This document shows positions 61,885-64,000 of a stretch of 64,000 nt of DNA, piece by piece (the first letter of the stretch is position 1; each line of letters opens with the position of its first letter). Origin of the DNA: an uncultured bacterium (GTDB taxonomy: Bacteria; Abyssobacteria; SURF-5); NCBI GenBank assembly GCA_964607485.1, contig CAZSKP010000010.1, positions 1-64,000 of the forward strand, written 5' to 3'. Position numbers and translations under genes: made by a program. The notes under the pieces are model-generated. The model did no database searches and had not been told where the DNA came from. It was given only the letters and a program-made list of their open reading frames with translations.

Positions 61885-62531
61885 TCGCGTACCTGCTCTT
61901 GGGCGCGCTCGCCGTCCTGACCGCATTGCGCGCGGCGAAGTCGCGCGGCAGATTCGAGCTGACCATCTGGGGAGCGGGAAGCGTCGGGTTCCTGCTCGCG
62001 GCCGTCTTTGCGGCCTGGCGGGGCATCAGCGAATTTCCCGACCTGTTGTTCTACGTGCTGGCCCTCATATCCTTCATTTCAGCGGTCAGGGTTATCAGTC
62101 AGCCCAATCCGGTGTACAGCGCGGTGTGGCTCATCACGGTGTTCCTGTGCATGGCGGTCCTCTTCATTCTGAGGCGCGCCGAGTTTTTGGCCGCGGTCCA
62201 GGTGATTATCTATGCGGGCGCCATTATGGTGCTGTACGTGTTCATCATAATCTTCGTGGACATCGAGGTTACGGTCGAGGAGCCCGCGCCGCTGTGGGTG
62301 ACCGTCAGCGCGGTCGGGCTCGCTGTGGCGCTGGTGGTGTTTCTCGCGCCGGTGGCGCTCAGCCTGCGTCCGGAAGAAACACGGGTCATTGCTCCGGCCG
62401 GGTATGGCGCCATCGAGAAGATGGGTGAAGCCATTTACTTCAATGCCGCGCTTCCATTCGAGGTCGCCTCGCTGATTTTGCTCGTGGCCCTCGTGGGGTC
62501 GGCGCTGATTGGGAAAGCCGAGAGGGAATAA
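61875..62531 (+). CDS. nuoJ: NADH-quinone oxidoreductase subunit J with N-terminal extension
   Basis: NPVYSA, AEFLAAVQVIIYAGAIMVL and PFEVASLILL. Confidence 0.92.
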   Translation: MGLVAYLLLGALAVLTALRAAKSRGRFELTIWGAGSVGFLLAAVFAAWRGISEFPDLLFYVLALISFISAVRVISQPNPVYSAVWLITVFLCMAVLFILRRAEFLAAVQVIIYAGAIMVLYVFIIIFVDIEVTVEEPAPLWVTVSAVGLAVALVVFLAPVALSLRPEETRVIAPAGYGAIEKMGEAIYFNAALPFEVASLILLVALVGSALIGKAERE

Positions 62532-62533
62532 TC

Positions 62534-62836
62534 GTGGTCACGGCTTCGGAATATATGATACTCAGCTCCGCGCTGTTTGCTATCGGGTTCGTCGGCTTCA
62601 GCATCCGCCGCAACATCGTGGTCATGTTCATGTCGGCCGAACTCATGCTGAACGCGGCCAATCTGAATTTCATCGCCTATTCTACAGAGTGGGGCAATCC
62701 GACGGGCCAGACGTTTGCGGTGTTCGTGATCGCCGTTGCTGCCGCCGAGGCGGCCATCGGGCTGGCCATATTATTGCTCCTGTTCAGGAAACGTTCCTCC
62801 GTGAGCTCCGCTGACTGGCGAGCGCTGAAGGGATGA
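62534..62836 (+). CDS. nuoK: NADH-quinone oxidoreductase subunit K
   Basis: RRNIV...ELMLNA...AAAEAAIGLAI. Confidence 0.96.
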   Translation: MVTASEYMILSSALFAIGFVGFSIRRNIVVMFMSAELMLNAANLNFIAYSTEWGNPTGQTFAVFVIAVAAAEAAIGLAILLLLFRKRSSVSSADWRALKG

Positions 62837-62848
62837 GGAGATGCGGCG

Positions 62849-64000
62849 TTGGATGGTAATCTGAGGCTGATCAGGTCGGAAATATTCCTCGCCGTCATGG
62901 CAATGATCCTTCTGCTCCTCGAGACCGTCCTGAGCGAGCGGAAGAAGACGTGGCTTGCCCATTCGGCGCTGGCGTCGTTCGTCGTCGCGGGGTTTCTCCT
63001 GACGCCCTCCGACCTGCGCGAAACCGTCCTGGTCTATTCCGACATGTTCATTCAGGACGGTTTCGCGATCGTCTTCAAGATGCTCTTCGTTATCGTGGGG
63101 TTTCTGGTGGTGCTGGTCTCGTACGATTATCTCCGCGAGCGGGGCATCTTGGGCGGTGAGTTTTTCGCACTGCTGCTGTTTTCAACCGTCGGGATGATGC
63201 TGGTCGCCTCGGCCTATGATTTCATGACGCTGTTCGTGGGGTTGGAGCTCACCTCGCTCGCCATGTACGTCCTCGTGGGCATGACGAAGAAGGACCTGTG
63301 GTCCAACGAGGCGGCGATAAAATATTTCCTGCTCAGCATCTTCGCCTCCGCCATTCTCTTGTTCGGGATATCGATTGTGTACGCCGCGGCGGGGACGACG
63401 AACTTCGGCGAGCTTGCCCGGCGCATGGGCGAGGTGACGGCCAGACAGCCCTCCGCTGCCATCCTGGCCCTCGTGCTCCTGGTGGCGGGCTTCGGATTCA
63501 AGATAACGGCGGTGCCGTTTCACATGTACGCGCCCGATGTGTATCACGGTGCTCCGACGCCGGTGACGATTTTTCTGGCCGTCGGCCCGAAGGCCGCCGC
63601 GTTCGCGGGCTTTCTGCGTGTGCTCGTGAGCGTCGCCCACACGATGAGCGCAGACTGGCTGACGCTCGTGTGGGTTCTCTCCGTCCTGACGATGACGGTG
63701 GGCAACGTGGCCGCCGTCATGCAGACCAACGTGAAGCGTATGCTGGCGTATTCGAGCATAGCTCATGCGGGCTACGTGCTCATCGGAGTGGCTGCGATAG
63801 CCAAGGATGGCGGGGCCGGCGGCGCGATGCCGACCGGTGTGGCGAGCGTGGTCTTCTACATGTTCGCATATACCTTCATGAACATCGGCGCCTTCAGCCT
63901 GCTCCTGTGCACCCGGCGCGAGCGCGGATTCGGCGAGGACTTGGCCGATTTTTCCGGCCTGGGCAGACGCAGGCCGGTAGTGGCGGCTGCGATGCTGGTG
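62849..64000 (+). CDS. nuoN: NADH-quinone oxidoreductase subunit N (truncated by window end)
   Basis: Read directly from sequence: GEFFALLLF, GLELTSL, EAAIKYF, FKITAVPFHMYAPDVYHGAPTP and KRMLAYSSIAHAGY. TTG start after GAGGAG. Confidence 0.92.
   Translation, partial: MDGNLRLIRSEIFLAVMAMILLLLETVLSERKKTWLAHSALASFVVAGFLLTPSDLRETVLVYSDMFIQDGFAIVFKMLFVIVGFLVVLVSYDYLRERGILGGEFFALLLFSTVGMMLVASAYDFMTLFVGLELTSLAMYVLVGMTKKDLWSNEAAIKYFLLSIFASAILLFGISIVYAAAGTTNFGELARRMGEVTARQPSAAILALVLLVAGFGFKITAVPFHMYAPDVYHGAPTPVTIFLAVGPKAAAFAGFLRVLVSVAHTMSADWLTLVWVLSVLTMTVGNVAAVMQTNVKRMLAYSSIAHAGYVLIGVAAIAKDGGAGGAMPTGVASVVFYMFAYTFMNIGAFSLLLCTRRERGFGEDLADFSGLGRRRPVVAAAMLV

Overview
Bacterial chromosome segment, mostly GC-rich, from what looks like an uncultured deltaproteobacteria-like lineage. 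The taxonomy is an impression from the 16S fragment and gene content, not a search result. In order: the 5' end of a 16S rRNA gene (minus strand), whose promoter sits back-to-back with a dinB promoter; housekeeping and accessory genes (amidohydrolase, AF1514-like, HEAT repeat, cNMP-binding, PAP2, GNAT, nagA, FecR-like, Ser/Thr kinase-FGE, MFS); a gatB-rsfS-TIM barrel-UDG operon; an AT-rich two-gene insert (DEDDh exonuclease-BRCT plus an unknown gene) bracketed by nested, mirror-ordered arms of short tandem repeats; pepA and an EEP hydrolase; an AT-rich island encoding a Vsr-Dcm fusion and a DUF4928-like protein; cobQ; a sigma54-controlled flagellar cluster (flgB to fliP, no fliM, stopping at fliP); a GT-C-like membrane protein and a NUDIX hydrolase; and a rearranged complex I operon (nuoBCDE-[TPP enzyme]-nuoAFGHIJK-N). 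The best leads are the nested repeat-arm cassette (18.6-20.6 kb), a multi-stem RNA with a possible kissing loop upstream of dinB, a three-hairpin RNA between a TIGR02530-like gene and flgE, the Vsr-Dcm fusion system, and a probable ATC start codon for rsfS. All family assignments come from motif recognition by eye; no database searches were run.
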